A stretch of 64,000 nt of DNA from Nitrospiraceae bacterium (GCA_002726235.1 PBSN01000008.1:606136-670135), one strand, 5' to 3'. Positions 52,206 through 64,000 are shown, counted from the first letter of the stretch. Numbers and translations: made by a program. The notes: generated from the sequence alone by a model not told the origin.

Positions 52206-52898
52206 TTATGGTGCAAACAAGCCCCTCAAGATCGCTGACCCAAGAATATGCTCTTCGAAGCGACCCTGAAACTGGCTCCGTGTGAGCGCTGTCCCTTCCT
52301 CAATTGCGGGAACTGACCCGCTGAGTGCATAGAGCGTAAAAGTATAGACATGTTCGTTTGGCGGACAGGGTCCAGCATAATTACTTGTTAGATCCCAATT
52401 GACCCCTTGAGTGACACCTGAGATATCACTCACCGCCTGACCTTTCTCGAACCCAGACATATCAGCAGGAATGTTATAGACTTGCCAATGTTTGCAGGCA
52501 CTCGCTCCCGTGCCACACGGTAGAGACTCATCATCGACGATAAGAGCAAGCCTCGCCGTTCCGTCTGGAGCATCGCTCCATGCCAAGGTCGGCGAAATAT
52601 TATCCCCGCCTTTTAGAGTACAGGCATGGGCTAATGGAATCTCCCCGTTATCCGAAAAAGCCACACTACTCAAGGTAAACAAAGGTGCAGGGTCAGCAGA
52701 CGACAATACCGGATCAGCAGACAGGGAAGGCTCTGCAAAAGTCTCTTGGGGCAACCCTCCAGCTTCCTGAGACCCTGCGCCCTGCGGAGAGTCCACACTA
52801 TTATCACTACCGCACCCGATGGTCAGCACACAAGCCACACCGATGAGAATAAGCGATAGCCCCCTGTGACTACGAACTAGGGTTGTTGGTCTATCCAT
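52206..52898 (-). CDS. YbhB/YbcL (PEBP) family lipoprotein
   Basis: Lipobox LTIGC; GDNISPTLAW, LALIVDD, HW, YAGPCPP, HVYTFTLYAL. Confidence 0.85.
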   Translation of the reverse strand: MDRPTTLVRSHRGLSLILIGVACVLTIGCGSDNSVDSPQGAGSQEAGGLPQETFAEPSLSADPVLSSADPAPLFTLSSVAFSDNGEIPLAHACTLKGGDNISPTLAWSDAPDGTARLALIVDDESLPCGTGASACKHWQVYNIPADMSGFEKGQAVSDISGVTQGVNWDLTSNYAGPCPPNEHVYTFTLYALSGSVPAIEEGTALTRSQFQGRFEEHILGSAILRGLFAP

Positions 52899-53102
52899 TG
52901 CACCACCCCTCCCTTCCCTGGTGAATAATGCGTCGCTACTTGTATTGCCTATCCATACACATAACACTGCCTTACTCGAAAAACGCGTCAATGTTCTACA
53001 ACCATAGCATAAGAATATTCTCCTTCGGACATCGCACACGAAATGCCACACCCTAATGCCATACACAATTGACGAGATCAATCCCATCATTTCTATCGTG
53101 AG

Positions 53103-55757
53103 TTATTCTTGCTCCACACGAATATTTTCGAGTGCTTCGTTGTAGGCGACGATGACATCAGGATGTTTGGGATATTGGGTTTTCACGTACTGCAGTGTGT
53201 GAAATGCTCTTTGCCAACTTAGATCGTGATCCGCATAGGTACGAGCCAAGGCAAGCAACCCATCAAGATCCTCGACACCCTCTAGCGTAACTTCAGCATG
53301 ACGGTCCAACATGGTCACGTTAGCGATCAAGGTATCTTCAAAGAGCTTGAGTGGTGCCGAATACTCAATGCGCATATTGTCATCGGTATTTCGTATTTCC
53401 TTGTCAGCTAATTCCACCAAGGTATCACGTGAAAACTGATGCAGGCCAAGCAAATGTTCCGGCCGTTCAACATTAATGCTCTGCAAATCGTCAACGACCT
53501 GGTCATTCTGAAAGATCTCCTTAAACGAATCCACCGATAACGAAAGTTCAGCCTGGCTCCCCACGACGAGTAAATCTGCAGAACCAACACGAAACACCCG
53601 CACGTATTCATACACATCCGCGAATGTCGCAAGGAGTGAACGCACATCGTCCGTCCCCATGCTATAGGTCTGCAGCCACTGAACCCACACTCCTCCTGGT
53701 CGAAGCTTTTGCTTGCCAAGCTCAAAAAACTCCCGTGTAAACAAATTGGACACGCCGGTCAACCAAGGGTTTGACGGTTGAGCACTTACAAGATCGTAAG
53801 TGCTGTCTTGTGCAAGGGTAAGAACATTTCTTGCATCATTGACGATCAATCGCACACGAGGATCCTCAAGCGGTCGGTTGTTGTGCGCATCAAATGCATG
53901 GCTAGCAGCAACAACTGCTGGCTCTAATTCAACGAGGTCAATCTCGCGCGCAGGGTGAAGCGTGACCGACCCTAGCGTAATCCCGCTCGCCAAACCAATA
54001 ACGAGAACGCGTTCGGCCTCCGGCGCAAAGGCAAATGGCATGTGAGCCAACAAAACCTGTGTGTCCATGTCGTGCAACGAAGCTTCTACTTTTCCATTAT
54101 TGGCGAGGAAAATATTTCCATCATAGGGATCACGTTCAACAGTCACGACAGAGGAAAGTCCTTCCTCGTAGAAAACAAGCTCTGAGGACCCTGTCACTGC
54201 CTCGATCACACCTTCTCGACTCAAGTCGCTGAGCGTTGTCACGTAGGAATAGAGCCCTGCCGCCATAAACCGAGGATCCCATGGTGGTTTGTGCCAATGG
54301 ACGACCACGATTGCACTCAGCGTCACCATGAGCGACACAACAATCACGCCACGACGTCGTTGACCGCTCACGGAAAGAGCAGTTATGCCCACAATAAGTG
54401 CGGCAATGAGGTTGACCGATACGGCAGCCAATACGGCTCCACGCATGTGTAAGAAAGGCAAGAGCACAAGACCTCCACCAGCCGCTCCGACGATCGCGCC
54501 GATCGTATTCATGCCATACAGACGACCAACTGAGTGGCTCAGAGTACGTCCCGATTTAGCCATTGCACGAACGAGATAGGGAAAGGTTGCGCCCATACAC
54601 AATGCGGGAAGGAACATGATGGCCAAAGGCAGTGCCAACATAGCGGGCCACATCAAATACAGCGCATCCTCGAGGGTTTGGTACAACCCGACGTAGATAA
54701 ATGGCAACTCGCTGTAGAAGTACATCGCAATCCAACACCAACACGCTACCTGTATTTGGATCAGCATAAGCACGCCAAGGACGCGCGTCTGCCCGCCACG
54801 CGCAAAACTGCGATCAGCCATCCATCCCCCAACCCATCCCCCAATTCCGATTCCGAGGAGAAAGGCAAGTAGCATGATTGAAAATGCATAGGCGCTGCCA
54901 CCAAGCATGAGTGCTGTGAGGCGAAACCACGCAACCTCACATAATAGACTGGAGAAACCCGCCAGGCCGGCAACGATAATAAGCGCACGACTGGAAGAGG
55001 GTGGAGGGTCGATCAGCGATCCTTCAGTGTCACGATTTCCCACCTTTGAAGCCGAGTTGACCTCCAACAAAGGGACGGGACCCATCACCCCCGCAAGTGC
55101 GAAAGCACTAAGCGCTAACAGCAGGTTAGCAAGAGCTGCCCAGTACGTGGTTGAGTGCACCCCAAGGTAAGGGAGAAGAACGAAGCCAGCCAGCCCAGTG
55201 CCAATCACCGCGCCAAGGGTATTGGCTCCGTAGAGTCGTCCTACCTGCCATCCGGCATCCTCAGATCGCGCCACGACAAAGCGAACAAGCAGTGGGAGTG
55301 TTGCCCCCATACACATTGTTGGCGGCAGGAGGAGAAGCCCAACAAGCACGAACTGAAATCCTCCAAACGCAAGCGGAGTTGGTTCAAACATCAACCAAAA
55401 ACCGAGGTAGAGTGGTTCCGCACGCTCAAGAATCACAGGAAAGAGAAAGGCATAGCCTCCGATGAAAAGCTCCAAGGCGGCATACCATGCGAGAGGATGG
55501 CGCGTGCGCTGCGCCCGATGCGATACAAACAACGCTCCAAGCGCAAGACCTGCCATGAATGCGGCAAGGACCGTGCTAATTGCGACTTGGCTGGTTCCAA
55601 ACACAAGGTGCAATTGCCGCGCCCATACCGTCTCGTAGATGAGAGAGGTTGCACCACTTGCCATGAATATCGGGATAATCAGTACACGGGAAATACGACG
55701 GTGGCGTGTCTCTCCATCACCTGCACCCGAATCTGAACTGTTCATGGTGTCACACAC
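53103..55757 (-). CDS. Fused multi-TM / spermidine-synthase-like (SpeE-type) protein
   Basis: SGATSLIYETVW, MGATLP, LYGANTLGA; C-terminal VLVIGLASG, VELEP, NDAR, SNPW, FTREFF, TDD. Confidence 0.88.
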   Translation of the reverse strand: MCDTMNSSDSGAGDGETRHRRISRVLIIPIFMASGATSLIYETVWARQLHLVFGTSQVAISTVLAAFMAGLALGALFVSHRAQRTRHPLAWYAALELFIGGYAFLFPVILERAEPLYLGFWLMFEPTPLAFGGFQFVLVGLLLLPPTMCMGATLPLLVRFVVARSEDAGWQVGRLYGANTLGAVIGTGLAGFVLLPYLGVHSTTYWAALANLLLALSAFALAGVMGPVPLLEVNSASKVGNRDTEGSLIDPPPSSSRALIIVAGLAGFSSLLCEVAWFRLTALMLGGSAYAFSIMLLAFLLGIGIGGWVGGWMADRSFARGGQTRVLGVLMLIQIQVACWCWIAMYFYSELPFIYVGLYQTLEDALYLMWPAMLALPLAIMFLPALCMGATFPYLVRAMAKSGRTLSHSVGRLYGMNTIGAIVGAAGGGLVLLPFLHMRGAVLAAVSVNLIAALIVGITALSVSGQRRRGVIVVSLMVTLSAIVVVHWHKPPWDPRFMAAGLYSYVTTLSDLSREGVIEAVTGSSELVFYEEGLSSVVTVERDPYDGNIFLANNGKVEASLHDMDTQVLLAHMPFAFAPEAERVLVIGLASGITLGSVTLHPAREIDLVELEPAVVAASHAFDAHNNRPLEDPRVRLIVNDARNVLTLAQDSTYDLVSAQPSNPWLTGVSNLFTREFFELGKQKLRPGGVWVQWLQTYSMGTDDVRSLLATFADVYEYVRVFRVGSADLLVVGSQAELSLSVDSFKEIFQNDQVVDDLQSINVERPEHLLGLHQFSRDTLVELADKEIRNTDDNMRIEYSAPLKLFEDTLIANVTMLDRHAEVTLEGVEDLDGLLALARTYADHDLSWQRAFHTLQYVKTQYPKHPDVIVAYNEALENIRVEQE

Positions 55758-56502
55758 ACTAACTGATCATCGTTTGAAACTCTGGTTGTATTCTGTCAGA
55801 AACAATCCGGAACAACGACTCAGATGTATGAATCGTAAACGCCAGTGAGCCTAACTGAGAGACTCTCGGAAAGACAAGCGTTGAATGCACATACCACAGT
55901 GTGATTGAAGCAATCAGACAGGATGGGACACATCGAAGAAAATGGAATCGAGGAAATGGAAACACCCTTCCGCTTGGAATAACAACGAGACCACAACTGC
56001 ATTCCAATGGGAAATACACAACGGCTGTGTCAAAAAGAATATAATCTGAGGCATTCATGCGGAGAATCAGCAGGAAGTCTCAAGTTTCAGCCGTGGTTCA
56101 CCTCGTCTCATAATCGCTGAGGACATACACGGACGCAAGCACGCTTTTTTTCCCTGAATGCACGAGGCACACTGTGGCTACGGCAACGATGCCCCCGACA
56201 AGAAAACAATACGCCATAATCCATGCACATACGATGCAAGCAACGATGAACCAGGGATTGCTACTTGCATTGCAGATTAGGTAGAAAACACGGCATTCAT
56301 CTTTGGTATGCTTTATTGGTAAGCGCACGCCTAGAGAGACATCGTGCACTACCACAGTTTACGACGATGATCACGAGATCCTAGGCATGGTAACCAAGGT
56401 CCAAACAAGCACCAGTATGAAACACGCAATTGTGTCATACAAACGAGTGGTGCTGGGAACAACTATGGCATACATCACAGATAAGCACAGGTGCAAAGCA
56501 TC

Positions 56503-57165
56503 ATGCGCGTGATTGCAGTCAACGTGGGAACACTTCGCCCCATTCCATGGCGAGGAAAACAAGTGCAAACTGGAATTTTTAAGCACCCTATTGACGGACG
56601 CATTGCAGTACAATCACGTGGACTCGATGGAGACCAGCAAGGTGATCTGAAACTTCATGGCGGAATTGACAAGGCGGTGTATGTCTATCCCAAGGAACAC
56701 TATGAGTATTGGCAGCATGAGTTCCCAGATCTCACTTTCCCCTGGGGAATGTTCGGAGAGAATCTGACAACCGAAGGCGCCTCGGAAGACGCCATGTACA
56801 TCGGCAACAGATGGCGTATTGGCTCAGCTCAGTTCGAAATTGTGCAACCACGTGAACCCTGTTTTAAGCTGGGGATCAAATTTGGAAACCCAAAGGTCAT
56901 CAAACAGTTCATCGCAAGCGGCCGAAGTGGCTGGTATTTGAAGGTCATCACTGAAGGTGAAGTCGGAGCAGGCGATCAAATTTTTCCGGTCAGCCAGAAT
57001 GATCAGCATGTCACCGTGACTGATCTCAACAAGCTTCTGTTCCAGACTGTGCAAGACCAATCCATATTGCAGCGAGCCCTTCAAATCAAGACACTTCCCA
57101 CTGGGTGGCATGATTTGATCTCGCAATACCTTGCAAAACATTCGAAGTGTAAAGACAGCATATGA
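56503..57165 (+). CDS. MOSC domain protein (YiiM-like)
   Basis: TGIFK, GDQQGD...HGG.DKAVY, FGENLT, QPREPCFKL, GWYLKV. Confidence 0.9.
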   Translation: MRVIAVNVGTLRPIPWRGKQVQTGIFKHPIDGRIAVQSRGLDGDQQGDLKLHGGIDKAVYVYPKEHYEYWQHEFPDLTFPWGMFGENLTTEGASEDAMYIGNRWRIGSAQFEIVQPREPCFKLGIKFGNPKVIKQFIASGRSGWYLKVITEGEVGAGDQIFPVSQNDQHVTVTDLNKLLFQTVQDQSILQRALQIKTLPTGWHDLISQYLAKHSKCKDSI

Positions 57166-57206
57166 CAGACTATTAGCACTCATCTTTACCATAGAAGGAA
57201 TCACTG

Positions 57207-58469
57207 ATGACCAATACATCAACTGATATAACACGACGAACATTCATGAAGCACCTCACATTGGGTGGAGTTGGTGCATTAAGTTTTGCCGGAACACAAC
57301 TCGGAAAGCGCGCAACTTCGGCACCAATCACCAGCCCATTGGCTCCAACGGGAAATCCTATCCGGATCGGAATGATCGATCCAATCACTGGCCCCTACAG
57401 CACGTCATCAATGCATGATATCCACGGCGCTACTGTCGCAATGGACATGGCCAATGCCTCAGGAGGGATCCTTGGAAGACCGATCGAATTACTACCGGTT
57501 GACGATGCCTCAAATGCCGATATCGCACGCAAACAGGCAATCACACTCATTAAAGAAAAACGAGTTGATGCATTGGTCGGATCGTTTAATGGTGAGGCTG
57601 CGCTCGCCGTTTCAGAAATCGCTGAAACAGAAGGTAAATTGTTTATGGTCTCCTGCGCGCACATTAATGAACTTTCCGGATCAGCATGCCGATCTTCATC
57701 GTTTACCTATATGCCCACTGCCCGTGCGATGTCACGTGCAGTAGCCCCTCACATCGTGAAAACATATGGGTCAAACTGGTTTTTCCTCAATGCAAATACG
57801 ATGGATGGAACATCTGCATATACGGCAATGAAACACGCCTTGAGTGAACTGGGAGGAAAAGAAGTCGGTCACACCGTGACCAAATTTGGAGAAACCGACT
57901 TTACATCCGCATTGCAAGAAGCGAGGTTAGCAAAACCCGACGCAGTAATTCTAAACATCTATGGGTGGGATCTCGTCAATGCACTGAAAAAGGCAAACTC
58001 CATGGATCTGACAATGGATATGGGAATTGGAGGCATGATTGCCGGTGAACAAATCGGTCGACCACTTGGTTACACCGCAAACCAAGGCATTTGGGGACTC
58101 ACCTGGGACCCCAAGGTTCCGACAAAAAGCTCTAACATCTTTATTGATGGCGTGATAGCGAAGTATCGTCACACACCAACCTCGCGTTGCTACCTTGGCT
58201 ATGCGGCGCTAACACAAATTCTAAATGCCATCCGCAGAGCAAAAACTACAGATGTTAGCGCCCTCGTCAAAACACTCGAAGGACACCTCTTTGATGGATT
58301 GAAGGAGGGACCATCATTTTTTCGAGCATGGGACCATCAACATGTCCAAGACATCTTGGTTGGAAAAGCATTTGGGAAAGAACTTGGCTTAGGACATTAT
58401 GATATTCTTGAGACTGTCCCTGGCGACGCGATCACAATACGACGTGACCAGAGCACCTGCCAGCTGTAA
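57207..58469 (+). CDS. Tat-exported type-1 periplasmic binding protein (branched-chain amino acid/amide family)
   Basis: TRRTFMK twin-arginine signal; IRIGMIDPITG, GGILGRPIEL, DFTSAL, FRAWDHQ. Confidence 0.85.
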   Translation: MTNTSTDITRRTFMKHLTLGGVGALSFAGTQLGKRATSAPITSPLAPTGNPIRIGMIDPITGPYSTSSMHDIHGATVAMDMANASGGILGRPIELLPVDDASNADIARKQAITLIKEKRVDALVGSFNGEAALAVSEIAETEGKLFMVSCAHINELSGSACRSSSFTYMPTARAMSRAVAPHIVKTYGSNWFFLNANTMDGTSAYTAMKHALSELGGKEVGHTVTKFGETDFTSALQEARLAKPDAVILNIYGWDLVNALKKANSMDLTMDMGIGGMIAGEQIGRPLGYTANQGIWGLTWDPKVPTKSSNIFIDGVIAKYRHTPTSRCYLGYAALTQILNAIRRAKTTDVSALVKTLEGHLFDGLKEGPSFFRAWDHQHVQDILVGKAFGKELGLGHYDILETVPGDAITIRRDQSTCQL

Positions 58470-58499
58470 TCCATCACGACACCACGTAAAGGAGGTTTG

Positions 58500-59042
58500 A
58501 TGGAAAAAATCACAAACTTCAGCGACTGGGAAACAAGATTTCAACAGGTTTATGACCGAGCCATGATCCGATATCGATCAGCCCCTTGCGATGCCAATAC
58601 TTTATTTCCAGAAGACGATGCGACATTCTTAACCTCCATTGGATGTACTTCTCATGAATTATATGATTTTGTCGAGGATTGGTGTGATAGCGGAGTTCCC
58701 ACATTCGAGACGGTACTTCATATCACCACAATTCGGCGAGACTATTTTCTCAATGAGCAACAAAACCATCCATCAGCAACCCACGCTCCATTATCATCGT
58801 TTCCCCCAATGGATGCGGAATTGGGCGGATATCTATGGCTTCCTCGAATTATTGCCAAAGCGAAAGCAAAGTTGCGTGGAGAGCTCCCGCCAGAGGTGAT
58901 GTATAATTGCGGGGGAGACCGTCACTTTTTGAAAACGATAGGACTGGAAGCCTCGGCTTTCCTCAAAGTCGTCCGCGACGCCAAAGACGATAACCAGATC
59001 CTTGATTATGTACAAGAAACAGGAAAATGGCCGGGACAGTGA
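58500..59042 (+). CDS. DUF5069-like protein
   Basis: LGGYLWLPRIIAKAKAKLRGELP...YNCGGDRHFL; AAGGAGG RBS. Confidence 0.65.
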   Translation: MEKITNFSDWETRFQQVYDRAMIRYRSAPCDANTLFPEDDATFLTSIGCTSHELYDFVEDWCDSGVPTFETVLHITTIRRDYFLNEQQNHPSATHAPLSSFPPMDAELGGYLWLPRIIAKAKAKLRGELPPEVMYNCGGDRHFLKTIGLEASAFLKVVRDAKDDNQILDYVQETGKWPGQ

Positions 59043-59664
59043 CAGCTTTGTTGCGCATGTCTGCGAGTGTTAGGGATACTACATCATAGAAATACGCAAA
59101 CTCTTTCGTGAACGATTTGTAGGGTTGTGTGGATTTAAAAAGAATTTGCGCTACCCAATTCTTATGATCCCACACAACCCCATCATTCCGCTGTAGACGA
59201 TTAAGTAATTACATGTTGGTTTCGCCAACATATTGCACAATGGTATGACGACGAAGATCCTCTTGCATCTGTAGCCAGAGACATGGAAAGGCCCTTGGCA
59301 CGCACTGGGCAACACCGGTCCAAGCAGCAGAACGTACCCAACGACTGCTCCTGCAACTCATAGGCATGCTACTGATGGTCTTTAGAAACCGGGACATTCG
59401 ATAGGCATGTCACGACACAAATTTCAATCACATTATCTCTAATTTTTTATAGTTTTGGCTTTCGTATTACATATGAAACACATATATGTGTGGCTTCATA
59501 GAGGTAACAGACTAAACACCAAATCAGAACATGGATACGCTCCACTAAGCCCCCCCACTTGACCTCGCCAGTTTCGTGATTATATATCCCTGATAGATAG
59601 ACGCTATAGGCGACAGAGGAACAGCGGCCTGTGAACACACCAACGCTCAAACGAGGCATCTCTC

Positions 59665-62112
59665 ATGGATGATCAAACCACAGTTGCAACGCTCCCCGTC
59701 CTTCCGATCAAACGAATAGTGCTGTTCCCTGGCGTCTTGATGCCAGTCACAATCGGTCGAACCTCCACCATTGCGGCCATGGATTCAGCAATGAAAACGG
59801 AAGATAAAACCATCATCGTGGTGTCCCAACGTTCCCCGGAACAAGAACATCCAAGCATCGACGACCTCTATTCCATCGGAACCAAGTCGGTGATCAAGCA
59901 AGTTACGCGAACTGATGGATCAAAAATCCATGCCTTGATACAGGGAATTGAACGCGCCGTCTTGCTTCGAGTGGAGCAGACTGATCCTTATCTCACGGTA
60001 CGCTCCCGGCAACTTCTTAACCCATCTGACTCTGGCCCCGAAATCGACGCCATGCATCGCGCCATCGTCGACTTAGTGCAGGCACTGCCAGATCTCATAG
60101 AATCACCAGGAATCCAAGAAGCCGTCTCCTCATTAGTAAGTGACGAAAAAGACCCCGTTGCCCTAGCCTACCGCGTAGCCTCATTCATGAATCTGACGGT
60201 GGCAGGCGAACAAGAACTGCTAGAAGCCCAAACCTGTGCTGATCTTTTGCGCGGCCTCTACGCTGCATTATCTCGTGAAATGCAAATTCTTCAACTACGC
60301 AATAAGATTGCGGGTGAAGTAGAGGCCAAGCTCAGCAAGAGTCAACGTGAATATATCCTGCGCGAACAGCTCAAAACAATTCATCAAGAACTGGGCGAGG
60401 ACGACAGTGAAGAAAACGAACTCTCCCACCTCAGAAAACAGATAGAAGAATCCGACTTGCCAGAAGCGGTGAGAAAAGAAGCCAATCGTGAGATGAACCG
60501 GCTATCAAAAATCCCACCTGCTGCGAGCGACTATCACGTCATTCGTAGTTACCTTGAAATGCTGCTCGAACTGCCGTGGACCAAAGCATCGCCAGATCAA
60601 TTGGACCTTGCCAATGTACGCAACGTCTTGGACGAAGATCATTACGGGATCAAAGAGGTGAAGGAACGGATCGTTGAACACCTTGCCGTCTTGAAACTCA
60701 ACCCAGAAGCAAAAGCGCCCATCCTGTGTTTAGTTGGACCTCCAGGCGTCGGGAAAACAAGCTTAGGCCAATCAATTGCGCGAGCACTTGGACGCGCATT
60801 CCAGCGCTTCAGCTTAGGAGGTGTTCATGATGAAGCCGAATTACGTGGACATCGCAGAACATACGTTGGGGCACTTCCCGGAGGCATTATCCAAGCGATT
60901 CGACGCGCAGGATTTAACAATCCCGTACTGATGTTGGATGAAGTTGACAAGATGGGTCGTGACTTTCGAGGCGACCCTGCGGCAGCCATGCTTGAAATTC
61001 TTGACCCTGCACAGAACCACACATTCCGAGACCATTATATCGACCTACCGTTTGACCTCTCGAATGTTTTCTTCATTACGACCGCAAATACACTTGATTC
61101 GATTGCTCAACCTCTGCTTGATCGAATGGAAATCATCCGACTACCCGGCTACAGCGAATATGAAAAACTTGAAATCGCGAACCGATATCTGTGGCCTCGT
61201 CGCCTCAAAGAGTCAGGCCTCGAGAACCAGCCTCTCAACTTTTCCCAAGACGTTATTGGAGACATTATCAGGAAGTACACTCGAGAGGCTGGTGTCCGCC
61301 AGCTTGAGCAAATGTTGGGGAGAGTCACGCGAAAGATTGCCCTGCAATTGGCCGAAAAATCACAGGAGACACCTGCTGCCATCATCACAGTCACACCCAT
61401 GCTGATCGAAGAATGGTTGGGAACAGAACGTTTTATGCCCGAAGAGGCCCGCAAAACACTTCCTGCGGGAGTTGCAACAGGTCTCGCATGGACCCCAGCA
61501 GGCGGAGATGTTCTTTACGTGGAAACAACCCTCCTTCCCGGAAACCACGATATCAAACTCACCGGTCAACTCGGCGACGTGATGCAAGAATCCGTCCATG
61601 CCGCTCGGAGCTATCTCTGGGCGCACGCGGAATCCATGGGCCTAGACATCTCGACCTTTAAGCGAAACGGGGTTCATGTCCACGTTCCATCTGGAGCCGT
61701 TCCGAAAGACGGCCCCTCAGCGGGGATCACCATGGCAACCGCACTCGCATCGGCGTATCTCAATATGCCGGTGAGAAGTGATACCGCCATGACAGGAGAA
61801 ATGAGTTTAAGCGGACTTGTCTTGCCTGTCGGCGGAATTAAAGAAAAAGTTCTTGCCGCGCACCGAGCGGGGATTCATCGGATCATCCTGCCGAAATTAA
61901 ACCAGAAAGACCTCAAAGAAATACCCGACGAAGTACTAGCGGTCATTACGTTTCTCCCTGTAGAGCGTATCGACGAAGTACTGCCTCTCGCCTTCTCTTC
62001 AAACCACGAAGAACTGGCAAAAGACGGAGATCACGACACTACTCAACATCTCCATGAAACCCACACGACCCTTGAGGCCTCAGGTCCAACTGCCTCGCCA
62101 AATATATTTTAG
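59665..62112 (+). CDS. lon: ATP-dependent protease La
   Basis: [38 protein letters not shown]. Confidence 0.97.
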   Translation: MDDQTTVATLPVLPIKRIVLFPGVLMPVTIGRTSTIAAMDSAMKTEDKTIIVVSQRSPEQEHPSIDDLYSIGTKSVIKQVTRTDGSKIHALIQGIERAVLLRVEQTDPYLTVRSRQLLNPSDSGPEIDAMHRAIVDLVQALPDLIESPGIQEAVSSLVSDEKDPVALAYRVASFMNLTVAGEQELLEAQTCADLLRGLYAALSREMQILQLRNKIAGEVEAKLSKSQREYILREQLKTIHQELGEDDSEENELSHLRKQIEESDLPEAVRKEANREMNRLSKIPPAASDYHVIRSYLEMLLELPWTKASPDQLDLANVRNVLDEDHYGIKEVKERIVEHLAVLKLNPEAKAPILCLVGPPGVGKTSLGQSIARALGRAFQRFSLGGVHDEAELRGHRRTYVGALPGGIIQAIRRAGFNNPVLMLDEVDKMGRDFRGDPAAAMLEILDPAQNHTFRDHYIDLPFDLSNVFFITTANTLDSIAQPLLDRMEIIRLPGYSEYEKLEIANRYLWPRRLKESGLENQPLNFSQDVIGDIIRKYTREAGVRQLEQMLGRVTRKIALQLAEKSQETPAAIITVTPMLIEEWLGTERFMPEEARKTLPAGVATGLAWTPAGGDVLYVETTLLPGNHDIKLTGQLGDVMQESVHAARSYLWAHAESMGLDISTFKRNGVHVHVPSGAVPKDGPSAGITMATALASAYLNMPVRSDTAMTGEMSLSGLVLPVGGIKEKVLAAHRAGIHRIILPKLNQKDLKEIPDEVLAVITFLPVERIDEVLPLAFSSNHEELAKDGDHDTTQHLHETHTTLEASGPTASPNIF

Positions 62113-62185
62113 CATTTTGGCACGGATAAAATATTTGAGTGACACTTTTCTAAAACCTCTCTCTGCGAAGAGGGCTGGTAATTTC

Positions 62186-62797
62186 TTAGTGCAGCCTGTC
62201 ATGGCGCGGCGGTAGAACATTCATAATATCTGCTTCTTGAGCGAGTAACTCCCTCCATCTATATTCAACCATTTCCGCGGGAAGATAGAGATTAGCTAAT
62301 CTTAGATAGAGTTTGTAGTGTCCCGCTTCGGCAACCATCATCTCATGGTAAAAGTCTCGCAGCACCTGATCGTCGAGATACTTCCACAATAATCGAAACC
62401 GTTCGCAGCTTCGTGCCTCGATCAATGCGCCAACCAACAACTTTTCAAGCAACTGATCATCACGAGTTCCACCCGTCTTCACGATGGATTGAAGAGCCTT
62501 CACATAGCGATCAGCTCGTCGCATTCCCAAACGCAATCCTCTCTTTCGAAGTTCGTCCATGACAAGCTTAAAATGGTGCCATTCCTCAGCAACGATAGGC
62601 GTTAGCTGTTCAACGAGCTCTTCCTTCTCTGGAAATTTAACAATGAGCGAAATCGTGGAAGACGTCGCTTTTTGTTCACAGTACGCGTGATCGACGAGGA
62701 TATCCTCTATACTCATTTCAGCGATATTGACCCACGACGGATCAGTCGCGAGCTTCAATCCAAGCGTGAATGTTTTTGTTCGTTTCGAATGTGTCAT
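62186..62797 (-). CDS. miaE: tRNA-(ms2io6A37) hydroxylase
   Basis: DHAYCEQKA, EEWHHF, ALIEARSCERF, EAGHY di-iron motifs. Confidence 0.9.
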   Translation of the reverse strand: MTHSKRTKTFTLGLKLATDPSWVNIAEMSIEDILVDHAYCEQKATSSTISLIVKFPEKEELVEQLTPIVAEEWHHFKLVMDELRKRGLRLGMRRADRYVKALQSIVKTGGTRDDQLLEKLLVGALIEARSCERFRLLWKYLDDQVLRDFYHEMMVAEAGHYKLYLRLANLYLPAEMVEYRWRELLAQEADIMNVLPPRHDRLH

Positions 62798-62851
62798 GCG
62801 TTAAAGATATACGGCTTCGACACGTCTCAAACACGCACTGAGCTATGTTCT

Positions 62852-63511
62852 CTAGCCGAAGTCACCTGAGCCGTTGGTCAGCACTGAAGGCAGAGCCACG
62901 GACTTACGGCTGGAGGTATTACGAGGCGCATTGGCACCACGTGACTGATTGAGCGACGGTAGCACGCCAATGAAGCTGAGAAATGCATTACGCGTTTGTC
63001 TTTTTGAATCGGTCTTGTTCCAAGCCTTGACCGTTTTTTCATAGGTCACAGTTTGCTTGTCGTTCCAATGCAACAAACTGCCGAGATGCCGCTTACTAAC
63101 TTTTCCGTCCATCTCATAGAGGCATGGCACAATTCTACTTAACGATAGTCGTTCGACGGCCCCAGTGTCAGACAATGTCACATTGAACGGGTGCTGCCGG
63201 CATGTGACCGGCCGATGATCGTAGATAAGACACATGTTGTCTTTCCCCAGGAACATGCACTTCCCTACCTTCCATTTCAAACCCATCACGGCTCTCCGTT
63301 TCCCGAAGCGCACAGCAAAGGTATCTCGTTTCGCAATGGTCAGAAATTTATCGTAGAAAAAACGAATAAATTCTCGAGGCGTTTTTCCGGTCCCATCGGC
63401 GATGCGATGCACATCATCAGGCGTAATATACACGGCCGTCCCTTTACAACAGTTGCCACAACCGGTGCAACGAAATTTGAGAAGCGCGAGCGGATCTTTA
63501 AACGGCATCAC
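62852..63511 (-). CDS. YkgJ / CxxCxxCC cysteine-cluster protein
   Basis: FRCTGCGNCC, CMFL, CLIYDHRPVTCRQHPF. Confidence 0.85.
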   Translation of the reverse strand: MMPFKDPLALLKFRCTGCGNCCKGTAVYITPDDVHRIADGTGKTPREFIRFFYDKFLTIAKRDTFAVRFGKRRAVMGLKWKVGKCMFLGKDNMCLIYDHRPVTCRQHPFNVTLSDTGAVERLSLSRIVPCLYEMDGKVSKRHLGSLLHWNDKQTVTYEKTVKAWNKTDSKRQTRNAFLSFIGVLPSLNQSRGANAPRNTSSRKSVALPSVLTNGSGDFG

Positions 63512-64000
63512 CCTTACTCCATATGTTCAGGCTCAATGAGCGAAAGCATCTTAGCACGATCGTCGAAGCATGAAAGTCTTGACAAATAATGTTCCTAAAG
63601 CTCCAAAGAGGGTTCGCGATAACGTCTGGAGAAGCAATAAGGCTTATGACCGGGTGGTCTCTATTTAATATATCAATTGCAGGAAATAGCAGTTTATCAG
63701 CAATACGACAACACGCGGACAGCAACATACAGAATACGTCAACACAAAAAACCGCGTAACGTGATGCGACAACATCGTGTGGATAATGCATTAAAAACAA
63801 AGAGACTGAAGTATGCCAACGAAAGGTCGTATTCGTTGCCTCAGGAGAGGAAGCACAGAACTGCGGTGGGTGTCATATATCTTAACCTCGAAAAGTCTTT
63901 CCCAATACACCGGAAGCTGCACTAGACGTGGATACCGTCAGCGATTGGGCACTGGTTCAAGACATTGCACGGTCGTTTCGGCCTGCTCAAGATCCTCAGC

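Overview
Bacterial chromosomal segment of about 50% GC. Gene content and a degenerate intergenic repeat family suggest Nitrospirota (inference, not proven). Most genes are housekeeping: mtaB, miaB, tRNA-Ala(GGC), tyrS, lpdA, gcvH, ndk, mtnA, rdgB, bioF, coaX, birA, nadC, valS, gpmA, lipB, xth, lon and miaE. The main accessory block (16.3-22.8 kb) looks like a proteobacterial-type sphingolipid/ceramide synthesis cassette: acyl-ACP synthetase, CerR-like reductase, dedicated ACP, serine palmitoyltransferase and a convergent flippase. It is bracketed by copies of an inverted-repeat element and preceded by tandem direct repeats. Other accessory features: two Sel1-repeat secreted proteins plus decayed relics near tRNA-Ala, including an endonuclease pseudogene fragment; a pair of extremely His-rich periplasmic proteins; an archaeal-like ATP-dependent ligase near short mutY and xth; a ~1170-aa GltD-PyrK (NfnBA-like) fusion; an AT-rich TylF-type methyltransferase; and a MOSC / Tat-exported binding protein / DUF5069-like trio. 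No CRISPR array, rRNA or intact transposase was seen.
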